From: Bacilli bacterium
Lineage (GTDB): Bacteria; Bacillota_I; Bacilli_A; RFN20; CAG-826
Reading direction: 5' to 3'
Length of the DNA stretch: 26,879 nt
Assembly (NCBI GenBank): GCA_041654325.1
Contig: JBAZDT010000001.1
Location: forward strand, 1 to 26,879
Translations under genes and position numbers: made by a program
Shown here: piece after piece, positions 8,649-16,296 of the stretch
Position numbering within the stretch: the stretch's first letter is position 1
Layout: every line of letters starts with the position of its first letter
The notes under the pieces: generated by a model
Told to the model about the DNA's origin: nothing
The model's database searches: none
Seen by the model: the letters and a program-made list of their open reading frames with translations, nothing else

Positions 8649-9647
8649 CTATTCGACGACGCTTGTTTTCAGCCGCTTAGCAAGTTCGTCGAGAACATTT
8701 TGGTTCTTGTGGAGAAACTCTTTCGCCGTCTCGCGTCCCTGACCGATTCTCTCGCCGTTATATTCATACCAAGAACCAGACTTTTTGATTAAGCCGATTT
8801 CAATCGACATATCGAGAACTTCTCCTTCTTTGGAGATGCCCCGACCATAGATAATATCGACTTTGCAGGATTTAAAAGGCGGAGCGACCTTATTTTTGAC
8901 GACTTTGATATTGACGGTGTTGCCGACGATATCGTTGCCGTCTTTAATGGCTTCCGATCGGCGGATATCAACGCGAACGGAGGCGTAGAATTTCAAAGCC
9001 CGGCCCCCGCTTGTCGTCTCGGGATTGCCATAGACAATGCCAACTTTTTCGCGGAGTTGGTTGATGAAAATGATCGTGCAGGAAGATTTGTTCAGAACAC
9101 CTGCGAGCTTGCGCATGGCCTTGGACATCAAGCGCGCTTGCAGACCAACTTGGTTATCCGCCATCAAACCATCGAGTTCAGCTTGCGGCACTAAAGCGGC
9201 GACGCTGTCGACGACGATAATATCAATCGCTCCGCTCGAGGCAAGCATTTCAACGATTTCCAACGCTTGCTCACCACTGTCCGGCTGCGACAAGATCAAA
9301 TCGTCGATATTGACGCCTAAATTGCGAGCGTAAATTGGATCGATTGAATGCTCTGCATCGACAAAAGCGGCGCGGCCACCTTGTTTTTGTGCTTCGGCAA
9401 TCGCGTGGAGGGCGAGGGTTGTTTTTCCGCTGCTCTCCGGTCCGAAAATCTCGATGATGCGACCTTTAGGATAACCGCCGACGCCAAGGGCGACATCTAA
9501 AAGAATCGATCCCGACGGTATAGCATCCACCTCCACGTGGGGGCGCTCGCCAAGGCGCATTACCGCGCCTTTACCATACGTTTTCTCGATTGCCTTTAAG
9601 GCGTCATCAAGAGCTGCCATTTTTTCTTTTGATACATCTTTTGCCAT
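8649..9647 (-). CDS. recA: Recombinase A
   Basis: [67 protein letters not shown]. Confidence 0.99.
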   Translation of the reverse strand: MAKDVSKEKMAALDDALKAIEKTYGKGAVMRLGERPHVEVDAIPSGSILLDVALGVGGYPKGRIIEIFGPESSGKTTLALHAIAEAQKQGGRAAFVDAEHSIDPIYARNLGVNIDDLILSQPDSGEQALEIVEMLASSGAIDIIVVDSVAALVPQAELDGLMADNQVGLQARLMSKAMRKLAGVLNKSSCTIIFINQLREKVGIVYGNPETTSGGRALKFYASVRVDIRRSEAIKDGNDIVGNTVNIKVVKNKVAPPFKSCKVDIIYGRGISKEGEVLDMSIEIGLIKKSGSWYEYNGERIGQGRETAKEFLHKNQNVLDELAKRLKTSVVE

Positions 9648-9699
9648 TTTGTTTCCTCACCAATATTTATAGGTTTTATTTCAATGAATGCTTCGAAAT

Positions 9700-10164
9700 T
9701 TATTTAAGAATGTTCTCAAGGGCGCTGATCACGGCCTCGAGAGTCGCTTTTTTAATCTGTTCGCGGGTTCCGGTTAAATTAAGGGGGATGCCCCAGATAT
9801 ATTCGCCGCTCGCAATAGCGATGTAGACTGTTCCGACTTCTTTATCGCCGTGGTCGACGCTTGGGCCGGCGTTGCCGGTGATGGAGACGCAATAATCGGT
9901 AGCGAGGCGAATGCGGCCATTATATGCCATTTCGCTAGCTGTTTCCCAAGATATCAATCCGTAATTTTGGATTGTTTGCGATTTGACGTCGGCAAGGGCC
10001 ATTTTTGACTCAGCTGAATAGGCGACAATCGCTCCTTTAAACACTTCGCTCGCTCCTGGCACTTCGGTAAACAAAGCTGAAAGCATGCCTCCGGTCATCG
10101 ATTCGACCGCGCTGATCGTGCGATGATTTTCTTTTAGAAGGTCAATTACTTTTTGCGCTTTCAT
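9700..10164 (-). CDS. cinA: CinA C-terminal domain protein (PncC-type nicotinamide-nucleotide amidase)
   Basis: AVESMTGG, GASEVFKGAIVAYS, SITGNAGP, VGTVYIA; lies between pgsA and recA. No N-terminal molybdopterin-binding domain. Confidence 0.88.
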   Translation of the reverse strand: MKAQKVIDLLKENHRTISAVESMTGGMLSALFTEVPGASEVFKGAIVAYSAESKMALADVKSQTIQNYGLISWETASEMAYNGRIRLATDYCVSITGNAGPSVDHGDKEVGTVYIAIASGEYIWGIPLNLTGTREQIKKATLEAVISALENILK

Positions 10165-10789
10165 CTTTTTTATCCTCCCGCAACACCTGGCGATTTTCCA
10201 CGACGTAAATAATGCCAGATAGAAGTGAGACGGCTGTTGCCAAGTAGACGAGAATTTCCGCGATTTTCAAACCGTTGGGAAAAGCGCTGTCAAGGTAGCA
10301 AAACGGCCAGTCGTTCAACAAGATTGCGACGATGGCAATCATCTGCAAAACCGTTTTCGCCTTGCCAAAAATATTGGCCGCGATGACTTGCTTTTTCGTG
10401 ACCGCGATGAGGCGAAGGGCATCGACGATTAAATCGCGAGCGATCAAGATGATGGCGCACCACAATGAAAAAGTTAGATTTTGTGGGGCGTAACCAGGGG
10501 CGACGATCAAAAAGATGAGCAAACCATCGATCAGCAGTTTATCAGCGATCGGATCAAGAAATTTGCCAAGATCGGTAATTTGATTGTTGCGACGAGCTAG
10601 ATAGCCATCCAACCAATCGGTCGCGGAGGCGAAGATAAAAACGATGGCCGTCAATAAAAAGACAAGATTGATGCCGGTGTTGCCGACATTGGGAACGTTG
10701 ATATTTAAAAGAGACAAAACAAAAAGGGCGATTAACATCGCGACGACGATGACGATTCGCGAAATAGTTATTTTTGTTGGTAAATTCAT
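10142..10789 (-). CDS. pgsA: CDP-diacylglycerol--glycerol-3-phosphate 3-phosphatidyltransferase
   Basis: MNLPTKITISRI, signature TDWLDGYLARR...TDLGKFLDPIADK, GKAKT. The start is corrected to ATG 10789 (SD AGGAG); the ORF-track extension overlaps rnpB. Confidence 0.96.
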   Translation of the reverse strand: MNLPTKITISRIVIVVAMLIALFVLSLLNINVPNVGNTGINLVFLLTAIVFIFASATDWLDGYLARRNNQITDLGKFLDPIADKLLIDGLLIFLIVAPGYAPQNLTFSLWCAIILIARDLIVDALRLIAVTKKQVIAANIFGKAKTVLQMIAIVAILLNDWPFCYLDSAFPNGLKIAEILVYLATAVSLLSGIIYVVENRQVLREDKKDESAKSN

Positions 10790-10802
10790 GATTCTCCTAA
10801 GT

Positions 10803-11147
10803 GAGTACCGACCCTGTAAGCCATGTTCTGTCAAGGATAACAATTTATCTATGCATCTCTGCATGCGTGCCTCAATTTGATTCTCTTGGCACACTTCCCC
10901 TACCAAATTTGGGTTTCTCGCTTGTGGGGTTTACCGCGTTCCAACTTAGCATTTCTACTAAGCTACGTCACTGTGGCACTTTCAGGGATACGACCTTGGC
11001 CGAAGCTTTAGGTTTTTTCCCGCCGTTATGCGCTCCCGCATACCTAGCGTTATTTTTTTCGCTAGCGCAATCACTACTGACATCTCAGCCAGTGCGAGCA
11101 TGGACTTTCCTCTGGTCGAAACCAGCAGTTATCGAGGTCGGTGCTAC
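10803..11147 (-). ncRNA. rnpB: RNase P RNA, bacterial type B
   Basis: Minus strand contains GAGGAAAGUCCAUGCUCGCAC, GAAAGUGCCACAGUGACG, GGAACGCGGUAAACCCC, GAGAAACCCAAAUUUGGUAGGG and ACAGAACAUGGCUUAC. P1 pairs ACCGACC with GGUCGGU. Lies directly after gpsB, as in Bacilli. Ends are approximate. Confidence 0.97.
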
Positions 11148-11506
11148 TATAGTTTAGTCGGATCGACGCCCAAGCGATACAATTCTGTCTCTAAAACATT
11201 AATTCGCTTAATGTATTCGAGATTTTGCATCGTGACTTTGGGATCGTCCTTGATGTTTCCGAGCCGTTTTTTGTACTTAGCGTTTTCAACTTCGAGTTCG
11301 ACGAGCTTGTCTTTGTTAGTCTTGACAAGCGTCTCGAGTTCGGCGACGTATAGCTTGTACTCCGCCAAGGCTTTTTCGAAAAGGCGGTAATCATCGGCGA
11401 CGGAATCGAGGAATTTATCGACTTCGAGGGGATCATAGCCTTTAACATTGCGGGTAAACAACTTATTGATAATCGCTTTTGCCGACAAGTTAATCTTTGA
11501 TTCCAT
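11147..11506 (-). CDS. gpsB: Cell division/cell cycle adaptor GpsB (DivIVA family)
   Basis: LSAKAIINKLF...KGYDPLEVDKFLD N-terminal domain. The C-terminal NLEYIKRINVLE resembles the GpsB 'NxDILKRLSNLE' trimerisation motif, and the gene lies upstream of rnpB. Confidence 0.88.
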   Translation of the reverse strand: MESKINLSAKAIINKLFTRNVKGYDPLEVDKFLDSVADDYRLFEKALAEYKLYVAELETLVKTNKDKLVELEVENAKYKKRLGNIKDDPKVTMQNLEYIKRINVLETELYRLGVDPTKL

Positions 11507-11527
11507 TCACAAGTTCCTCTTTGTTTA

Positions 11528-11556
11528 ATTATATTAAAAGCGCGGAAGTATTACAA
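11528..11556 (-). promoter_or_regulatory. Sigma-A promoter for gpsB-rnpB
   Basis: TTGTAA-N17-TATAAT on the minus strand, followed by SD GAGGA. Confidence 0.85.
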
Positions 11557-11609
11557 TTGAATTAAGCAGTTAATTAAGCCTTTTTCCCCTATGCTATTTC
11601 GCCTTCCAG

Positions 11610-11618
11610 TGTTATACT
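11610..11618 (+). promoter_or_regulatory. Extended -10 promoter (TGtTATACT) for exonuclease-recU
   Basis: 13 nt before ATG 11632, with no SD between. Confidence 0.6.
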
Positions 11619-11631
11619 ATTTGCGAATTAT

Positions 11632-12357
11632 ATGAAAGAGTTAACAAAAGTTATCCGCGGCCGCCGCCACCTCGTCTTCCTTGATTTGGAAGGAACTCAA
11701 TTTTCTCATGAGATGATTGCGATCGGAGCGGTTCGCGCCGTTCTTTCCAAAGACGGCGTAATTCGTAAAATATACCCCGGTTTTAAACGTATCGTCATCG
11801 CAAAAAATCATGTCGGAAAAGTAGTCGTTCAACTCACTGGCATCACCGATTCAATAATCAAAAGCGAAGGCGTGTCGTATCGCAAAGCGATGGAAGAGCT
11901 TAAAAAATACGTCGGGCGCTCTTTTTCGAAATCGCTCTTTGTCACTTTTGGCAATCATGATTTGCGCATCATCAGCCAATCCGTCAGCTACAATCTCGAT
12001 GCCAATAAAGAGGATGCAAAATTCATCAAAAACAACTCTCTTGATTTATCGGCGTTCATCACTCAGTACATCAAAGACGAAAAAGGAAACAGCCTATCTT
12101 TGGAGAACTGCCTTAAAGTATTTGGTCTCGACTTCAACGGCACGAAGCACGATCCCGTCGATGATGCCCTCAATCTCGCCCGTCTTTACGAAGCTCTTTA
12201 TAAAAATCCGAAACTTCTCGCCGAGGAATACAAAAAAGTTCTTATAAAAAACAGAAATCTCCCACAGCCTATCCCCAAGCTTATAAATCAATTAGCGAAA
12301 GGCGATGTTGTGACACCAGAAGATTTTGAGAATCTGATTCACGACTTTGTTAGTTAA
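11632..12357 (+). CDS. DEDDh 3'-5' exonuclease (KapD/ERI-1-like)
   Basis: ExoI FLDLEGT, ExoII FGNHDL, ExoIII HDPVDDALNL. Confidence 0.85.
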   Translation: MKELTKVIRGRRHLVFLDLEGTQFSHEMIAIGAVRAVLSKDGVIRKIYPGFKRIVIAKNHVGKVVVQLTGITDSIIKSEGVSYRKAMEELKKYVGRSFSKSLFVTFGNHDLRIISQSVSYNLDANKEDAKFIKNNSLDLSAFITQYIKDEKGNSLSLENCLKVFGLDFNGTKHDPVDDALNLARLYEALYKNPKLLAEEYKKVLIKNRNLPQPIPKLINQLAKGDVVTPEDFENLIHDFVS

Positions 12358-12358
12358 A

Positions 12359-12934
12359 ATGATCAAATATCCGACCGGTCAAAGTCCGAAAACAAATAAA
12401 GGGGCTAAGGTTCCGCGTTCTCTTTCCAGCGCCAATCGCGGCATGAACCTTGAAGAAGATATTAATATTTCGAACCAATACTACATCGATAAAGGCATAG
12501 CTCTTATCAATAAAAGGCCAACACCAATCAATGTCGTCAAGGTCGATTACTCGCGGGGAGCCAAAATTCAAAATGCCTATTTCGAAAAGCAATCGACAAC
12601 CGATTACAACGGCGTTTATCGTGGAAAATACTTAGATTTTGAGGCAAAGAGCACGAAATTGCGGACTTCTTTTCCATTTTCAAATATCACGTCGCATCAA
12701 ATAGTTCATCTCAAAAGAGTGATTAAGCATGGTGGCATCGCCTTCTTCATCATTCGCTTTGAAGCTTTTGAAGAGACATATTTGCTCGATGCTTCCTTCA
12801 TTATCGCGGCATTTGAAAAGGGCGGACGGAAATCGATTACTTACGATAGCGTCAAAACTGATGGGCGCCTTATAAACAAAGGTTTTATTCCCCGTCTTTT
12901 TTATCTAGATATCGTTGATTTGCTGTATTTTTAG
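12359..12934 (+). CDS. recU: Holliday junction resolvase RecU
   Basis: ANRGMNLEEDIN, KRPTPI, AYFEKQSTTDYNGVYRGKYLDFEAKST, HQIVHL. ATG 12359 lies 1 nt after the exonuclease stop. Confidence 0.97.
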   Translation: MIKYPTGQSPKTNKGAKVPRSLSSANRGMNLEEDINISNQYYIDKGIALINKRPTPINVVKVDYSRGAKIQNAYFEKQSTTDYNGVYRGKYLDFEAKSTKLRTSFPFSNITSHQIVHLKRVIKHGGIAFFIIRFEAFEETYLLDASFIIAAFEKGGRKSITYDSVKTDGRLINKGFIPRLFYLDIVDLLYF

Positions 12935-13575
12935 ATTTTATTCAAACTTTTGAAATATGAACAAATGCTCTTCATCTCGCATATATGACAGCGTGGCTTT
13001 CGCGCCAAACACACTTCTCTGCCAAAAGATATAATTTGATGATTCGTTTTTATATAGTCACGCGCATCGAGCAAGCGGCGAATTTTGCTTTCGATCTGAT
13101 CGGGATTATCGCCTGCTCTGACGAGCCCAAGCCTTTTCGAAATCCTTTCCACATGCGTATCGACGGCAATAGAGGGAATATGGAACAATTCGGCCTGGAT
13201 GACATTTTTCGTTTTGTTGCCGACCCCGGGCAAACGTAAAAGTTCGGATGATAAAGAAGGGACGATTCCATTAAAATCATCGATTAGAAGAGACGCGATT
13301 TTTTGGAGGCTAAGCGCCTTGTGGCGATGCAATCCGAGAGCCCGAATATCTCTTTCCAAATCTTGAATCGGGGCTTCCGCTATTTTTTGAAGGGAGTCAA
13401 AATGCTTAAAAAGAATTGGCGTGACGCGATTGACCGCTTTATCGGTCGTCTGCGCGCTCAAAACCACCGCCATGGCTAATTCATAATCCTTATCGTAGAT
13501 TAATTCGCATTTTGCATCAGGGAATTTTTGGTCGAGATAGGTCTTGAAAATTTTGATTTTATCGCTATTTTTCAT
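12931..13575 (-). CDS. nth: Endonuclease III
   Basis: LSAQTTDKAVN, HhH LPGVGNKT, AVDTHV, 4Fe-4S motif CLARKPRCHICEMKSIC. The start is corrected to ATG 13575. Confidence 0.97.
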   Translation of the reverse strand: MKNSDKIKIFKTYLDQKFPDAKCELIYDKDYELAMAVVLSAQTTDKAVNRVTPILFKHFDSLQKIAEAPIQDLERDIRALGLHRHKALSLQKIASLLIDDFNGIVPSLSSELLRLPGVGNKTKNVIQAELFHIPSIAVDTHVERISKRLGLVRAGDNPDQIESKIRRLLDARDYIKTNHQIISFGREVCLARKPRCHICEMKSICSYFKSLNKI

Positions 13576-14224
13576 CGTTATCGATCCAGTTTGTCTTGGC
13601 GATTTCGATTGTTTTTTCGATATCTTTGCTCCAGCTTTCGCTGACAGCGCTATAACCTTCTTTTTCCATATCGTCACGCGTTTGCCACTGCAGAAGAATT
13701 TTATCGATTGAGCGCAGCGAACGCTTATTTTTGCTAAGAGCCTCTTTAAGGGCGTTGATGATCATCTCATCGCTATAGCCAAAATTGACCCATTCATTAA
13801 TCGTGGAAAATTCCAAGGGTGACAAAGTCCGATTCAATTCTTTTTCAAAGACTTCATAGATATTTTTCAAGGAAGCAGAACGCGAAAGAGAGGAATTGTT
13901 CTCTTGTTCCTTAGCTAATGCAAGTTGAAATTCCTTATACAGTTTTTTGCGAAGAGGCTTGAGCGATGTTTTGATATTTTTGCTGGTCGTTTCATATTCA
14001 AGCAGACCGCGATTGATTAAACGTACGAGCATCTTATCAAGTGTTTCCGTCGATAAATTCATCTTGATGCTCAACAAGTCCGCGGTGATAAACTTGTTTT
14101 TTTGTTCGAGGAGATGATCGATAACCAAAATAACTGCGAGCTCTTCTTCGCTTATCCCGATTTTCTTATAATGCTCGATCAGCAAGTAGCGGAAGTCGAG
14201 GGCTTCCATCGAAATCGTATCCAT
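13565..14224 (-). CDS. dnaD: DnaD domain replication protein
   Basis: N-terminal winged-helix-like region; FEKELNRTLSPLE...W, IINALKEA, IDKILLQW DnaB_2 domain; directly upstream of nth as in Bacilli. Confidence 0.9.
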   Translation of the reverse strand: MDTISMEALDFRYLLIEHYKKIGISEEELAVILVIDHLLEQKNKFITADLLSIKMNLSTETLDKMLVRLINRGLLEYETTSKNIKTSLKPLRKKLYKEFQLALAKEQENNSSLSRSASLKNIYEVFEKELNRTLSPLEFSTINEWVNFGYSDEMIINALKEALSKNKRSLRSIDKILLQWQTRDDMEKEGYSAVSESWSKDIEKTIEIAKTNWIDNDEK

Positions 14225-14248
14225 AACCACCTCTTGAAAAATATCTTA

Positions 14249-14263
14249 ACACGCTTTGCGTGT
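14249..14263 (-). other. Small hairpin ACACGC-AAA-GCGUGU between cca and dnaD
   Basis: A 6-bp perfect stem with no adjacent U-tract; possibly a processing or stability element. Confidence 0.35.
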
Positions 14264-14271
14264 CGAATATA

Positions 14272-14877
14272 TTACTTTTGTTTAATAATTTCCTCGCGGA
14301 TTTTGTCGGCATTGATTTTTGAAAGCAGATGGCGGTTTCTTTCCATCGCTTGAAAGGTTTTCTCTTCAATTCGGAAGTTGAGTTTCTTCGCGAATCGCTC
14401 GGCCCTTAAAATGCGAAGAGGATCTTCTTTAAGGCGCTTGTCCGGATCGCCGATCAAGCGGATAACTCCTTCCTGCAAATCTTTAAGACCTCCCGCGAAA
14501 TCATAAACTTTAAAATTTTGATCGATATATAAGGCGTTGATCGTAAAATCGCGGCGAACATGGTCTTTGCGAATATCGCGGATGTAATTGATGCTCTCTG
14601 GATGACGAAAATCCGTATATTCCCCTTCTTCACGGAAAGTTACGATATCGATTTTTTGATTCTTATAGATGAGGCAAATCGTGCCAAAGCGGGCGAAAGT
14701 ATCGTCGATGTCCACTAAAAAAGTGGCCATTTGCTCAGGAGTGGCATCAGTGACAAAATCGTAGTCCAAAACTTCGCGGTTCAATAGATAATCGCGGGAT
14801 GTTCCCCCAATCATATATAGAGCAAAACCGTGTTTGGCGAATAGTAAGCACAAATCCAAAAAAATGCTTTTATCCAT
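14272..14877 (-). CDS. cca: Short class II CCA tRNA nucleotidyltransferase (201 aa)
   Basis: Motif A GGTSRD...DYD, motif B RRDFTINAL, motif C DFAGGLKDL, motif D EDPLRILR, degenerate motif E INADKIREE. The start is corrected to ATG 14877; the ORF-track extension crosses the HU terminator. Confidence 0.85.
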   Translation of the reverse strand: MDKSIFLDLCLLFAKHGFALYMIGGTSRDYLLNREVLDYDFVTDATPEQMATFLVDIDDTFARFGTICLIYKNQKIDIVTFREEGEYTDFRHPESINYIRDIRKDHVRRDFTINALYIDQNFKVYDFAGGLKDLQEGVIRLIGDPDKRLKEDPLRILRAERFAKKLNFRIEEKTFQAMERNRHLLSKINADKIREEIIKQK

Positions 14878-14883
14878 AGATAA

Positions 14884-14889
14884 ATTGTA
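14884..14889 (-). promoter_or_regulatory. -10 element TACAAT giving leaderless geometry for cca
   Basis: Exactly 6 nt separate TACAAT from ATG 14877. There is no SD and no clear -35, and it lies just downstream of the HU terminator. Confidence 0.5.
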
Positions 14890-14903
14890 TACACAATCAA
14901 ACA

Positions 14904-14930
14904 ATAAAAAAAGGTCGGCTTTCGCCAACC
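14904..14930 (-). terminator. Intrinsic terminator of HU gene
   Basis: GGUUGGC-GAAA-GCCGACC followed by UUUUUUUAUU. Confidence 0.9.
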
Positions 14931-14950
14931 CTTGATTTGGTAAATCTTTT

Positions 14951-15223
14951 TTAGTTAACTTTTTCTTTCAAAGATTTTGAAGGCTTGAACGAGACGGTGT
15001 GGCTAGCTGGAATCTTAATTTTCTTGCCCGATGTTGGGTTGGTGCCAATGCGCGCAGCGCGTTTCTTGTTCTCAAAAACTCCGAAACCTGAAAGTTTGAC
15101 GAGTTCTTTTTTAACGAGAGCTTTTTCAACGAGTTCGAGAAGGGCCTCGACAGCGGCCTCGGCTTGACGTTTGGATAGTTCGGATTTTTCGGCGACGGCT
15201 AAAATCAAATCGGCTTTGTTCAT
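14951..15223 (-). CDS. hup: DNA-binding protein HU
   Basis: MNKADLI, VKLSGFGVF, RAARIGTNPTSGKKIKIPA, FKPSKSLKE. ATG 15223 has SD AGGAG. A possible promoter TTGAAA-N17-TAATTT with a TG extension lies upstream. Confidence 0.97.
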   Translation of the reverse strand: MNKADLILAVAEKSELSKRQAEAAVEALLELVEKALVKKELVKLSGFGVFENKKRAARIGTNPTSGKKIKIPASHTVSFKPSKSLKEKVN

Positions 15224-15290
15224 AAAATTCTCCTTTGTATTCTTAACTAAAATTAGCACACAGCAAATCTTTTTTCAACATTAATACCAT

Positions 15291-16292
15291 CTAATCTTCA
15301 CTTTTAAGCGGTCTCTTCATCAAAGTGGCAATGGTCATCGAAGGCTTCGCACCTTCGAAAAGAACCTGATAAAGAGCCTCGATAATCGGAAGGGACAAAT
15401 TACTTTTGTGCATTTTCTGGTAGATTGTTTTCGTCGTTCGGATTCCTTCGACCGTCTTGGTGTTTTCTTTTAAGAAAACGGCGCTGGAATCTGCTTGTCC
15501 GATGGCGAAACCCGCTTGATAATTCCGCGAGTGTTTTGATCCGCAAGTCACGACCAAATCACCCACGCCGGTCAAACCCAAATAAGTGGCTGGCCGGGCC
15601 TTAAAACGCCGACCAAAGCGTACCATTTCATTTAAGCCGCGCGTCATCAAAGCCGCTTTTGCGTTATCGCCAAGGCCTAAACCATCGATAATTCCTGCCG
15701 CGATAGCTATGCTATTTTTCATCGCTGCGCTCAACTCGGCGCCGATAACATCCTTAAGAAGATAAACCCGAAAGTAGTCATTCGCGAACAGTTCTTGAAC
15801 AAAGCGGGCGGCCCAGAGATTGTTCGATACCGAAGTAATAAGCGTAAGGTGGCGAAGGATGACTTCTTCGGCATGAGACGGTCCGAGAAGTGAGACGATC
15901 GCAAGTATTTTTCCCTTGCCGAGATGATGGCCGATCAACTCCGATATCCGCATTCCTGAATCGGGGTCGAAACCTTTCGCGGTGTTGACAATTATCTTCT
16001 TTTTATTTATATGGGGGGCTAATTTGATGAGAACATCGCCGACGGCGGATGTCGGAACGCAAAGCATAATCATATCCGCGTCCTGGCACATCGCGGCAAT
16101 GTCGCCCGTCGCCATAATTTGCGGCGAGAGAAAAAGCTTATCGCCAAAGTAAAATTTATTTTGATGATTGCTGTTAATGTCGTCAATTTGATTTTGATCG
16201 CGACCGTACAACACGACTTGATGATGATTATCGACGAGAACTTGCGCCAGTGCTGTCGCCCATGTTCCCGTGCCGGCAATTCCAATCCGCAT
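15291..16292 (-). CDS. gpsA: NAD(P)H-dependent glycerol-3-phosphate dehydrogenase
   Basis: GTGTWATALA, AKG, GPSHAEEV, MKNSIAIAAG, GLTGVGDLVVTC, SRN, TVEG. The start is corrected to ATG 16292. Confidence 0.96.
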   Translation of the reverse strand: MRIGIAGTGTWATALAQVLVDNHHQVVLYGRDQNQIDDINSNHQNKFYFGDKLFLSPQIMATGDIAAMCQDADMIMLCVPTSAVGDVLIKLAPHINKKKIIVNTAKGFDPDSGMRISELIGHHLGKGKILAIVSLLGPSHAEEVILRHLTLITSVSNNLWAARFVQELFANDYFRVYLLKDVIGAELSAAMKNSIAIAAGIIDGLGLGDNAKAALMTRGLNEMVRFGRRFKARPATYLGLTGVGDLVVTCGSKHSRNYQAGFAIGQADSSAVFLKENTKTVEGIRTTKTIYQKMHKSNLSLPIIEALYQVLFEGAKPSMTIATLMKRPLKSED

Positions 16293-16296
16293 TTTC

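Noticed and set aside
9660-9720. Possible LexA (SOS) box upstream of recA
   Set aside because: GAACATTC and GAAGCATTC half-matches exist, but there is no GAAC-N4-GTTC site.
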